A stretch of DNA of 64,000 bases, from positions 6,610 through 70,609 of the forward strand of contig CALXYZ010000001.1 of assembly GCA_944393075.1 (NCBI GenBank), given 5' to 3'. The translations under genes were made by a program, and so were the position numbers. This document shows, in pieces, positions 47,351 to 57,600 of the stretch. The notes beneath the pieces were generated by a model that was not told the origin of the DNA, searched no databases, and saw nothing but the letters and a program-made list of their open reading frames with translations. Source of the DNA: an uncultured Anaerobiospirillum sp. (GTDB lineage: Bacteria; Pseudomonadota; Gammaproteobacteria; Enterobacterales; Succinivibrionaceae). Numbering within the stretch: position 1 is the first letter of the stretch; every line of letters begins with the position of its first letter.

Positions 47351-50300
47351 TCAACGTCGTTGTCGCCACGGCACTGATGCCTCTGTAGCGGCGCCATCGG
47401 CAGCATCGGCTGCGTACACGTCGACAGCCTTGCCGCCGTTAGCGTAGGCGGCGGCCATCATTTGGACTTGAGCCTGAGCTAACTTGTTCTGCTCTTCAAT
47501 GAAGTGCAGGATCTTGTCGGTGTCGATGTTGCGCACGGTGACATCCATCTGATCGAATGGGATCTCGATGTTGTTGTCAGCAAAAATACGCAGCGTCTCG
47601 GTGCTTAAGAAGTCATACACGACCTTACGCTTACCAATCTCGTTGACGTAGAGCTCGCACATGATGGTCACGGCGCTTGGATCTAAGCTCTTTACGTAGA
47701 TTGCTGGGCGGTTCTCACGGTTGAGGTCACGGCAGCGACGAATGATACCGCGCAGCAGATCCTTAGCCTTATTGATATCCGCACCGTAAGCAATACCCAC
47801 AGCAAACTCGATCTTGGTCACGGTACTAGACAGCGACCAGTTGGTCAGGGCTGAGGTGATGAATTGTTTGTTAGGAATCACCACTTCTTTGTTGTCAAAG
47901 GAGATGATCGTGGTAGCACGGATACGAATCTTGTTCACGGTACCGGAGATAGTGTCTAGAGTGACGATATCGCCCACACGCAGCTGGCGTTCAAACAAGA
48001 TGATGATACCGGACACGAAGTTAGCGAAGATCTCCTGCAAGCCAAAGCCTAAGCCCACCGAGAGGGCGGCAACTAACCACTGCAAGTTATCCCAACTAAT
48101 GCCTAACGAACCGGCCGCCAAGATCACAGCTAATGTCGTGATGGCATAGGAGGTAATGAGCTTGACAGTGTAGCCGGCACTCTTAGCATTGCTACCTGAG
48201 CGCAGCATAAAGAGGCGCTCAATAAGCATTGGTAAGTTGCGGTTTAAGACCACAGCCACCATGACAATGATGACGGCTAACAGCACATCGCCTAACGATA
48301 AGGCGGTGGTGACCATCTTGCCATCAACCTCAGTGACGCTCTCATAGAGGTAGATCTCGTCTAAGTAGCTGAGCACACCTGCAAGGTCGTTCCATTGCAG
48401 ATACATAAAGTAGACAAAGACGACCAAGATGATGGCGTTAAAGAGCTTGTAAGCACGGTTATTGACAAGCTCCAAGCGGAAAGAAGATCCACTGCTACCA
48501 CCTGAGCTGCCAGAACCAGATCCTAAGCCCGAACCAGATCCCGAGACGCCACTTCTCTTATTACCAGCAGCGCGGCTATTGCGCTCGCGGTTAGCCGCAG
48601 CAATGGCTCTGTTGTTCATGGCATTGCTGCTGATATTACTGGAGCTAGAGCCAACACCTTGCGCGGCCAAGACCTCTTGCAAGTGCATACGGCGTACTTT
48701 GTCCATGATCTTGATCTCGGCGACGTAGAGAGTTCGACGGAGGGTTTGCGACAAGATCATGTAGGCAAATCCGATGTACAGCGTGAAAGCCACACGGTTG
48801 AGCAGCTGAATCACAGTGTAGTAGTAACCCAAGCACAGCATGAGCGTGATGGTCAGAGGCGTACAAATACCTAAGACTGCTAGGGTACAGGTCATCATGG
48901 TTGGCTGATACTGCTTGAAAGTGCGCCACACGATGATGCCAGCATACACGGTTAAGTAGAGGAAGCCTAAGATCATCAAGAGATAGCCCAAGCTATCGTT
49001 TGGAATCTTGGTTGGCTCTAACTCACGCATGTTGGCGATGGTCAGCATTGGAATACTGACGTACCAGATCTGATCGATAACCTGACGGCTACGGGCAATC
49101 TTGCCTGGAGCAAAGGAGAAGTAGCGCTGTACTACCGAGTTTGGCTCCAAGATGTGGCGCATATAGAGGAAGCAGCCCACATGCAGCGTCAGGTAATAAG
49201 TCAGCATCAGCTGATCTTTGAAATTATCCAAGGTGATAAAGATAAAGATTGAGCCGATGAAAGTGATGACCACCACTGATGGGATGATCATAAACAGGTG
49301 CAAGAACAGCGCACGCACTGTCAGCGTGTAACCATCAGTAGGCTTATCAAGATGCATTGCCAAGCGATTGGCGGTCTTTTTCAGACTTGGGTTGACCTTA
49401 GTGAAGATCAAACCCAAGATCGCTAATGGCAGGAAGATCTTGAGGTAGTTGACGGTGTTTTCGTGGGTGAACAGGTCGTTGCTCAGATACGACTTGATGT
49501 CGTCTACCTGCAAGAGCAAACGTGGCAGCGTGGTTGAGAAGAAGTTAAGACCAATACCGTTGTTGCTGGTAAGCCAGAACAAATGGTCATTGATCATGGT
49601 GCGCACACGTGAGCTCGCCTCGGTCAGATCACCATACTTAGCACGCAAGTCGGTAGCAACGGTCAGGCTATCAGACATAGCGTTGTAGAGCTGATCGTAA
49701 AGGTCGCGGCGTTGGCGCATGATCTGGACGAGCGTCTCGGAGAAAGGAGCTAACTCCGGATCGTCGCGCACCATGTCGTTGACATAGCTCTGTACATCAA
49801 AGATCTGCTCACGGAAGTTGCGTAAATCAAACATCCACAAATTGAGATTTGGGATGAGCTCATCGAGGTTAAAAGAGATGTTGATTTGTGGCAGCTCACC
49901 CTGCTGACGGTTAAGCATGCGCGATAAGATCACACTACCACTAAGATCAGTAAGTTGCTCTTGCAGATTCTGCTCAATTTGGCGGGTGGTGGCTAAAGCG
50001 GCGGTAACCTCCTGCACCTCACGCGTCATTTGCGCATTGTCGTTGAGCAACACTTCGATATGGCGAGCGATTTCTTTGTTGGTATCTGACTCACGCTTAA
50101 CCTGAGGTAAGAACTGGCCACTGACAGCTGCAGCATCAGAGGTCACACCGTCCACAGTAGACGAATCGAGGTTAGCGCTGCCACTCTCACTAGAGCTCCT
50201 AGTAGCCGTGCTCACCCCCAAATTGAAGTCAGTATCGGTAACAGTCAGCTGATTGCTCAGAAGCTCGTCTTGGGCTGCGCGTACCTTTTCTAAGTACTTG

Positions 50301-51460
50301 GAGAGGTAATCCTTATGGAGGTTGTAGATATGCAGTTTGTAGTTAGCGACATCTTGGAACACCGAGATCGAACGCAGCTCAGTTTGCAAAATCTCGTTGT
50401 GCTTTTGCTGCACTGCGATCTCAAACTGCAGCACCATAGTCTCATCACGGAGGGTGTTAGGGCTGTTGAGCAGAGTGTTGATCTTAGAGATACGGGCGTT
50501 GTTAGCCGAGATCAGGTTTTGCGCACGCGATGGTAAGGTCTGGAGCGAGTTGTAGGCCGAAGTGGCATCAGACAACTCGTTTTGCACCTCCAATAACTGG
50601 GCATTGAGCTGATCTAACAAGGCATTGATGCCATCTAAGTTCAGAGGGGTTTCGCTACTTTCGCCACCAGCGCCAATCTCACCACCTGCACTATCCTCAC
50701 TACCTGCACCTGCTGACGCGGCATCTTCACTAACATCATCGGTAGTAATAATCTCTGGTGGCTCTTGGGTATAGGTTTCATTGGCAGCAGCTAAGGCCTG
50801 CTCTAACTCCACAATCAGGTCTTGTGCTTGCTCTTGCTTGCTCTTGATACGGCGCTCTTCTTGGAGCAGATTCTCGTAGCGCGTCACGAGGCTCATACCA
50901 AGCTCAATAGCCTGTAAGGAGCGCTCTTTATCAGCATCAGACAGTTCTTTGTTGGCCTTAATAGCCTCAGAACGGGCATTGAGCTGCTTGCGGTTTAAAA
51001 TCCACTCACTTTGGACACTTTCATCAGGATCTTTGTTGTCTAAAAGTACGGCACTACTATCTTGAGTCAATGAGCCCACATCAGTGACGATATCGGATAG
51101 CACTTCTAAAGGAAGTGATGAACCTCCAGTACCAGTACCAGTGGCGGAGTTGGCAGCATCAGCAGCAGCCTCTCTTTCAGCAGGAGCCGCACCACCAGTA
51201 ATAGAGGTTTCGATAGCCGCGGCAATATCAGCCTCAGCATAAGATTGCTGCCAGGTACCGCTCACAGCCACGACTGCAAGGCACATAAACACGGCCAGCA
51301 GCCATGATAAAGACCGAGAACTAATCGATGATGTAGACGCAGAAGCAACCGCAGTAGCAGTCGTAGACGCAGCCACTGCGGCGTTAGCGCCAACGGCCGT
51401 CTGCGCTGGTAAAGCGCAGGAGGCTAGTGCAGCTTGATGAGCAAAGATAGTCTTGAACAT
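47351..51460 (-). CDS. MscS-family mechanosensitive channel, MscK/MscM-like (large periplasmic coiled-coil N-terminus)
   Basis: ORF is open to 51643. The ATG at 51460 gives MFKTIFAHQAALASCALPAQ (signal-like). Long Q/E/L-rich coiled-coil region, about 10 TM helices, then the MscS core EIFANFVSGIIILFERQLRVGDIVTLDTISGTVNKIRIRATTIISFDNKEVVIPNKQFITSALTNWS. Confidence 0.85.
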   Translation of the reverse strand: MFKTIFAHQAALASCALPAQTAVGANAAVAASTTATAVASASTSSISSRSLSWLLAVFMCLAVVAVSGTWQQSYAEADIAAAIETSITGGAAPAEREAAADAANSATGTGTGGSSLPLEVLSDIVTDVGSLTQDSSAVLLDNKDPDESVQSEWILNRKQLNARSEAIKANKELSDADKERSLQAIELGMSLVTRYENLLQEERRIKSKQEQAQDLIVELEQALAAANETYTQEPPEIITTDDVSEDAASAGAGSEDSAGGEIGAGGESSETPLNLDGINALLDQLNAQLLEVQNELSDATSAYNSLQTLPSRAQNLISANNARISKINTLLNSPNTLRDETMVLQFEIAVQQKHNEILQTELRSISVFQDVANYKLHIYNLHKDYLSKYLEKVRAAQDELLSNQLTVTDTDFNLGVSTATRSSSESGSANLDSSTVDGVTSDAAAVSGQFLPQVKRESDTNKEIARHIEVLLNDNAQMTREVQEVTAALATTRQIEQNLQEQLTDLSGSVILSRMLNRQQGELPQINISFNLDELIPNLNLWMFDLRNFREQIFDVQSYVNDMVRDDPELAPFSETLVQIMRQRRDLYDQLYNAMSDSLTVATDLRAKYGDLTEASSRVRTMINDHLFWLTSNNGIGLNFFSTTLPRLLLQVDDIKSYLSNDLFTHENTVNYLKIFLPLAILGLIFTKVNPSLKKTANRLAMHLDKPTDGYTLTVRALFLHLFMIIPSVVVITFIGSIFIFITLDNFKDQLMLTYYLTLHVGCFLYMRHILEPNSVVQRYFSFAPGKIARSRQVIDQIWYVSIPMLTIANMRELEPTKIPNDSLGYLLMILGFLYLTVYAGIIVWRTFKQYQPTMMTCTLAVLGICTPLTITLMLCLGYYYTVIQLLNRVAFTLYIGFAYMILSQTLRRTLYVAEIKIMDKVRRMHLQEVLAAQGVGSSSSNISSNAMNNRAIAAANRERNSRAAGNKRSGVSGSGSGLGSGSGSSGGSSGSSFRLELVNNRAYKLFNAIILVVFVYFMYLQWNDLAGVLSYLDEIYLYESVTEVDGKMVTTALSLGDVLLAVIIVMVAVVLNRNLPMLIERLFMLRSGSNAKSAGYTVKLITSYAITTLAVILAAGSLGISWDNLQWLVAALSVGLGFGLQEIFANFVSGIIILFERQLRVGDIVTLDTISGTVNKIRIRATTIISFDNKEVVIPNKQFITSALTNWSLSSTVTKIEFAVGIAYGADINKAKDLLRGIIRRCRDLNRENRPAIYVKSLDPSAVTIMCELYVNEIGKRKVVYDFLSTETLRIFADNNIEIPFDQMDVTVRNIDTDKILHFIEEQNKLAQAQVQMMAAAYANGGKAVDVYAADAADGAATEASVPWRQRR

Positions 51461-51536
51461 GGTGGGCAAGTCCCTACTTTGTTTGATCCTGAGCGAGCCA
51501 TAGCAGATATGCAGTATTAAGTACCACAAGCACAGC

Positions 51537-51582
51537 AAGCTCGAAGCTCGAAGCGCGAAGCGCAGAAGCACGAAAGCGAGCT
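51537..51582. repeat. Degenerate 7-nt tandem repeat AAGC(T/G)CG x6
   Basis: aagctcg aagctcg aagcgcg aagcgca gaagcac gaaagcg, upstream of the probable MscK-like start. Confidence 0.85.
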
Positions 51583-52249
51583 GTGGTGCGCTAACCGTAC
51601 CAAAGATGGCTTGTTTGCCATTATCGAAGCCTAAAAGAAACAAAGCAACTCACAGTGCTTGGATATGCAAGCTAGCTCATATGGCAATGGTCACGAGCCT
51701 TGATGGTAGGCGAATACTGGTCGCTTAGAGATATTGGTGCTACAACAGTGCAGTGGATTTTTTACCTACATATTTGATCAAATTGCGATTTTTCGTGCGG
51801 CAAAAGCCCGCGCAGCTGCATCAGAGGCCCAAAATTGTGGTATTATGTCGCGCAAAGTGAGCTTGAGGCCTCGTTTAAGGCTTAAAGATCACGTTTCTTA
51901 TGAGCAGCACACAAGATCACATCGTAGGTGATCTTTGATCCTGCCCTTCCTTAAGAGCCAAGCGTATTGCCTAAGCAAATGAGCTTAGCGTAGCCTCGCG
52001 TTTTGGTTTTCTCTTTTTCCTACAAGTTTAGATCCTCTGGGTTCTAAATCATGCGTGACCATGATGCATGTACCCCATGCAAAGCAAGCTATGCATGCAC
52101 TGTATGCACTGCTGCTTGATGTGATAAGGCATGAAGTCTTGCGGTGTGGTTGCATAAAAGCACAAATAAACAAGAAAAGGGAAAAGAGGAAAGTTGCCAA
52201 ACGCTTTGTTACCCGCGATACCCGAGGTCTTTAGGGTTCTAAAAGACAT

Positions 52250-52314
52250 GCTTAGCTAAAGCTTGAAGCTGAGCTGAAGCTAAAGTTAAAGTTAAAGCTA
52301 AAGCTGAAGCTTAA
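52250..52314. repeat. Hexamer-based tandem repeat (GCTAAA/GCTGAA/GTTAAA) about x10
   Basis: gcttagctaaagcttgaagctgagctgaagctaaagttaaagttaaagctaaagctgaagctta, in the long non-coding region upstream of rho. Confidence 0.9.
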
Positions 52315-52881
52315 TGAGCATGTTAATCCTTATTGATCCCATCTGTGAGTTGTCCAATTTTTCAGATCTAAACGTCCTTTCTTTACTACTCTCCACGTTT
52401 GAGTGTTGAGAAATGCGTGCTTTTCTTGATGCAGCACTTCAAAGGAAACAACGATCTCAGCCTCAAGGAATATTCCTGTTATGTTACCAATCAGGCTTGC
52501 CTGAAGATTGTGCTTTTGGCTTGATCTTAAGCTTGTAAGTTTTTGAGTGTGTAACTAGCAGCCCTAAAACGTAGAAGCATGGATTAGACGACGTAGACGG
52601 CTTAGACAGAGATAAGACAAGGTTAGCCTAGCCTAGGCAAAGCTTGGCAAGGTCAGGCGAGAACCTACGACTGATAGCTGATAGCGATAGCGATAGCCGT
52701 GGGCCGATGACTGAAGGTGGGAGTGATGAGGGTTAAGCTTGCCTCTAGAGAGCGGCAAGGCCACAAGCAAAAGCCATGTTGCCACATGCTCATGCTTGCT
52801 TGCTAAATGTAGCCTGTAGCCTGATCTTGCGGTGAGTTTTGGTTCCTGATTTGTCCATTACACCTTTCCTTTTGTTGTTCT

Positions 52882-54141
52882 ATGAACCTTAACGAACTTA
52901 AAAACACTCCGGTCGCACAACTGGTTGCTATGTGCGAGCAAGCAGGTATTGAAAACACTGCCCGTTTAGGTAAAAAAGAGATCATCTTCAACCTCTTAAA
53001 GCTGTGTGCCCGTACAGGTGAGGATATCTTCGGTGAAGGCGTCATCGAAATCTTACCTGATGGCTTTGGCTTCTTACGTAGTGCCGACAGCTCTTACTTA
53101 GCAGGTCCAGATGATATCTACGTATCTCCAAGCCAAGTACGTCGCTTCAACTTACGTACTGGCGACTCGATCTCCGGTAAGATTCGCCCACCAAAGGAAG
53201 GTGAGCGTTACTTTGCCCTCCTGAAAGTCGATGCGGTCAACTTTGAGCAGCCAGAGAAGGCCCGCAACAAGATCTTATTTGAAAACCTCACCCCTATCTT
53301 CCCAGACGAGCGCATGCGCCTTGAGATCGGCAACGGCTCCAAAGAAGATATCACCTCGCGCGTGATCGACCTTACTGCTCCTATTGGTAAGGGCCAGCGT
53401 GCACTCATCGTCGCCCCTCCAAAGGCTGGTAAGACCGTTCTTCTGCAAAACGTCGCCCATTCCATCTCCGTCAACAATCCTGAGTGCGTATTAATAGTGC
53501 TCCTCATCGACGAACGTCCTGAGGAAGTGACCGAAATGCGCCGTATGGTCAATGGTGAAGTGGTGGCTTCGACCTTCGATGAGCCAGCAGCCCGTCACGT
53601 GCAGGTAGCCGAGATGGTAATCGAAAAGGCTAAGCGCTTAGTTGAGCACAAGCGTGACGTCGTGATCTTCATGGACTCGATTACCCGTTTAGCCCGTGCC
53701 TACAACACCGTGATCCCTGCTTCTGGCAAGGTCTTAACCGGTGGTGTGGACGCCAACGCTCTGCAACGTCCAAAGCGTCTCTTTGGTGCTGCCCGTAACG
53801 TTGAGGAAGGTGGCTCTCTGACCATTATTGGTACTGCCTTAATCGACACTGGCTCCAAGATGGACGAAGTGATCTACGAAGAGTTCAAGGGCACTGGTAA
53901 CATGGAGCTGCACTTATCCCGTAAGATCGCTGACAAGCGCGTCTACCCAGCAATTGACGTGACTCGTTCTGGTACTCGTCGTGAGGAGCTCTTAACCTCC
54001 GCAGACGAGCTGCAAAAGATGTGGATCTTACGTAAGTTCCTCCACCCAATGGGTGAAATTGAGGCTATGGAGTTCCTCTTAGACAAGCTTTCCATGACCA
54101 AGACCAACGACGAGTTCTTCGAGGCCATGAAGCGCTCCTAA
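52882..54141 (+). CDS. rho: Transcription termination factor Rho
   Basis: 419 aa; [32 protein letters not shown], Walker [10 protein letters not shown]-terminal [17 protein letters not shown]. Confidence 0.97.
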   Translation: MNLNELKNTPVAQLVAMCEQAGIENTARLGKKEIIFNLLKLCARTGEDIFGEGVIEILPDGFGFLRSADSSYLAGPDDIYVSPSQVRRFNLRTGDSISGKIRPPKEGERYFALLKVDAVNFEQPEKARNKILFENLTPIFPDERMRLEIGNGSKEDITSRVIDLTAPIGKGQRALIVAPPKAGKTVLLQNVAHSISVNNPECVLIVLLIDERPEEVTEMRRMVNGEVVASTFDEPAARHVQVAEMVIEKAKRLVEHKRDVVIFMDSITRLARAYNTVIPASGKVLTGGVDANALQRPKRLFGAARNVEEGGSLTIIGTALIDTGSKMDEVIYEEFKGTGNMELHLSRKIADKRVYPAIDVTRSGTRREELLTSADELQKMWILRKFLHPMGEIEAMEFLLDKLSMTKTNDEFFEAMKRS

Positions 54142-54365
54142 AAGAGCACAGTCCAGTCTTTTCCATCGCGTCGTACCTTTCGTGTGCGACCATAACAATC
54201 AGGATCCAGTGGTGGCTGCCATGCTGCAAGCAGCCACCACAAAATCCTGAGCTGTGCTATCAGCATCAGACTTGCAGACTACAGACTTGCAGGCTTGCAG
54301 GCTTATCCCCTTTCCACTCTTCGCACAGAGGCTGTGCGCTTCTAGGTGTTCTAATTTTGTGTGCA

Positions 54366-54416
54366 CTGTGCTTTGCGCTGTGCTTTGCGCTGTGCTTTGT
54401 GCTGTGCTTTGTGCTG
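54366..54416. repeat. 12-nt tandem repeat CTGTGCTTTG(C/T)G x4.3
   Basis: ctgtgctttgcg ctgtgctttgcg ctgtgctttgtg ctgtgctttgtg ctg, between rho and the ybjD-like gene. Confidence 0.95.
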
Positions 54417-54621
54417 CAAGCACAAAGTCACAATTGTTGCTAGCAAACAGTTTTGTCATAACAGCGCCTGCACCCTAGAGCCTGTGCTTTGCTGAGAGCT
54501 TTTCGCTTACTGATAGCAAAGCCAAAAATGCATTGATCCATTTCAAAGATATAGAACGACGACCGGTTTTCGGCAGCAAATCGTGCTAAGTTGAAAGACG
54601 ATGTTGCGTCAGGAGGTCGAA

Positions 54622-57600
54622 ATGTTCTTACAGCGTGCCGAGATTCAGAACTTCCGAGGAATACGTCATTTAACTGTTGATTTTGAGCGTGATACCACAG
54701 TATTGATTGGTGAAAACGCTTGGGGTAAATCGTCTTTACTGTACGCTTTGTTTGCGATCTTAGGTAAAGGTGAGAATCATCTGTGCACCTTCACCCCAGA
54801 CGATCTCTACATTCCAATTCGCCTCGATTCAGACCTTGAAGGCATTGGCGATGAAGCTAGTGATAGCGATGGAGAGGAGCTCAGTAAGGATAAGGCCCAA
54901 ACATCAGCCACATCTCAAGATGCTGCTCCAAAAGAGCAAGGCACCTCCACTACTGCTGCCCCTACAGTTTCTACTGCCTCCACTGTCTCTACAGCCGAGA
55001 CCGCTTCAGCATCATACGCTTCTGCTGCTACTGCTACTGCTACTGCTACCACTACTACTAATGCTGCTACTACAGAGACAACAGAGACAACAGACACCAC
55101 CAAAGGCGTCACCGTAGAGGGTGTGCTAGAGCCTAGTGCCTCTGAGCAAGAGGCTATTGAGCGCGGCGCCCGTGCTTTAGCTGCCGCTCAGTGCTGTCCA
55201 CCTGCACAGCAGCTACGTCAACTTGAATTCTTAAAGCCGATCAAGGTCATTACCACCCCTGACTATCAGCGCCGTTACTACAGCGTGCCTAATGCTAACG
55301 GTATGGGTCAGGTGATGCACATTGTCGACGTGCCTGTAAGTGAACTCAACGATGAAGAAAAAGCTGCTGCTTTTCCATCGCGTGCTCGCCACAACAAGCA
55401 TAAGAACAAGCACAAGCATGGCAAGCAACCAGCTCATACAGCTCATACAGCTCATACAGCCCATACAGCACAGGTACATCAAACACCTTTTAAAGGTCAG
55501 TCGGTCTCAGTGTCGCTGCGTCCACGTCAGTACACTGAAGCTCTGACCAACTTCCTTGCTGGTACTAGTGCGGCCCCTACCCATCTTGCTAATAGCAAAG
55601 CCCTTAAGAACACAGCAGCCAATGAGATTGCTGCTGCTTTAGCTGACAGCGCGGTTGAGGAGTCCTCAATTTCCAAGTCTTCACAGGCTTCAGCTGCTCT
55701 GCGTGGTATGTCTACCAAAGACATCATGAATGCCGTTGGTGAGTCCTTAGTCGGCAAAAGCGCCAAAGACATCAAGAAGCAAGCGCAGTCCGCTGTCACT
55801 GCCGCAGCAGAGATCACTGCTATCGGTACAAGTAAGGCTAATAGCAACGGCATTGGCAACGGCAATGGTAATGGTAATGGTAATGGCAAGCCTAAGCTCC
55901 ATCATGCAGCGCTCATGCTTGAATCCTTGCGACTGGCTCAACAAGCTGAAGCTCTTTATGAGCAAGGCTTACCTCTTTACTACAATCCATCACGCAGTGA
56001 GCTGATGGAGCGTGCGCAAAACGTCTTAAACGAGAAGGAAGGCTTAGAGCAAGAAGCTGTCGATAGCGCACGTGATGATATGGCCTTCTATGAGAGCGAC
56101 GTCTATAAGGACAAGGCTGAGAGTATCGTTATCGATCTCATTTTCTGTGAGAGTGATTATGGTGTCTTAAACTCGGTACCACGCTTCTCTGGTTTAAAGA
56201 ACGGTAGCTACTTAGGCGAGGATGGACTTTATCGCATCCACTATCGTGTCAGCGCTAAGATGCAGCTGATTGCCTCAAATGAAGCCCCTAATGACAAGAC
56301 TGCCGTTACGGCAGCCACTGCCACTGCTACTGGAGCTAGTGCTGGTGCTAATGCGGGTGCCGATACCGATGCTGACTATGATTCGACTTGCGTTCAAGGT
56401 GAGCACTTTGTGACTTGCCATGAGATCCTTGATGCTAAGGAGCAGCCAATCGAAGATAGCATCGCCAAGCGCATCATTCGTGAGCTCATCATCCTCAACC
56501 CATTACTGCGTATTCGTGACCGTCGAATGCTCAAGCCTCAGATGTATGAGGTAGTAGAGCAAATCGATCACCCAAAGGATGCCGCAAAGGCCCAAGCCAC
56601 AGACCAAGCTAATCTATCAGACACGGCCGTAGATATTGAAGTTGTCGCTACCCCAAATGCCAGTGCTAGTTCTAGTGCTAGTGCTAGTGCCAGCGCTGCT
56701 ACTACCGACAATACAGCTAATACAGCCAATGATGAAGGTGAAGAAGAGCTTGATTTAAAGACCATCTCGCACTTCTTTGCGGATCTGACCTCTGATGAGG
56801 ACTGGACTTCTAAGCAGATCAAAGACGGTATTGATGTGCTCAATACCATTGCCTCGAAGTACCTCGTCAACTACCAGAGTAACAACCTGACGACTACCTA
56901 CCACGTAGATCTTGATGCCATTCAAAGCCGTACCGCACGCGATATTGTGACGCACCCAGTGTCGATCAGTACCCTCAACTCACTTAAGAACGCTCTGACT
57001 GACTCCAAGCCATCAAGAGCTAGGTTCTTGTTGTCGCTGCTTGCTGGTGCCTTCTTGATGTCTAAGGGACAGCGAGAGATCGATGAACAGTCCCGACCAA
57101 TTTTGATTTTGGAAGACTTGGAGAGCCGCTTCCACCCTACTCTGCTGCTTAATCTGTGGGCTATCTTGCAGCTTCTCCCTATCCAAAAGGTGGTGACGAC
57201 CAACTCAGCGCAACTGCTGAGTGCTATGCCAATGAGCAAGATCCGCCGTCTGTGTAAGCAGTACTACGATGTGCGCTGCTACAGCATTCGTGATCGTGCC
57301 TTTAGCCGTGACGACGCCCGTAAGATTGCCTTCCACATCCGCATGAACAGACCAAACACCTTGTTCGCTCGCTGCTGGTTGTTAGTTGAAGGCGAAACCG
57401 AGGTTTGGGTCTTAAACGAAATTGCTGATGTTTTAGGCTTCAACTTAGCTTGCAGTGGTGTGGCTTTAATTGAATTTGCGCAATGCGGTCTCAATCCTCT
57501 GATTAAGCTAGCTAAGCAAATGGGTATCTCCTACCACGTCCTCACCGACGGTGATGACGCAGGACGCCACTATGCGCAAACAGTACGTGACTTCGTGGGC

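Noticed and set aside
52170-52200. GAGGAAAGTTGCC, reminiscent of the RNase P RNA GAGGAAAGUCCGG box.
   Set aside because: Only a partial word match. No flanking P4 or other conserved RNase P elements are visible nearby.
54199-54459. 86-aa ORF containing AQSTAQSTAQSTAQST.
   Set aside because: The open frame is created by the 12-nt tandem repeat. It has no start context and no similarity to anything I know.
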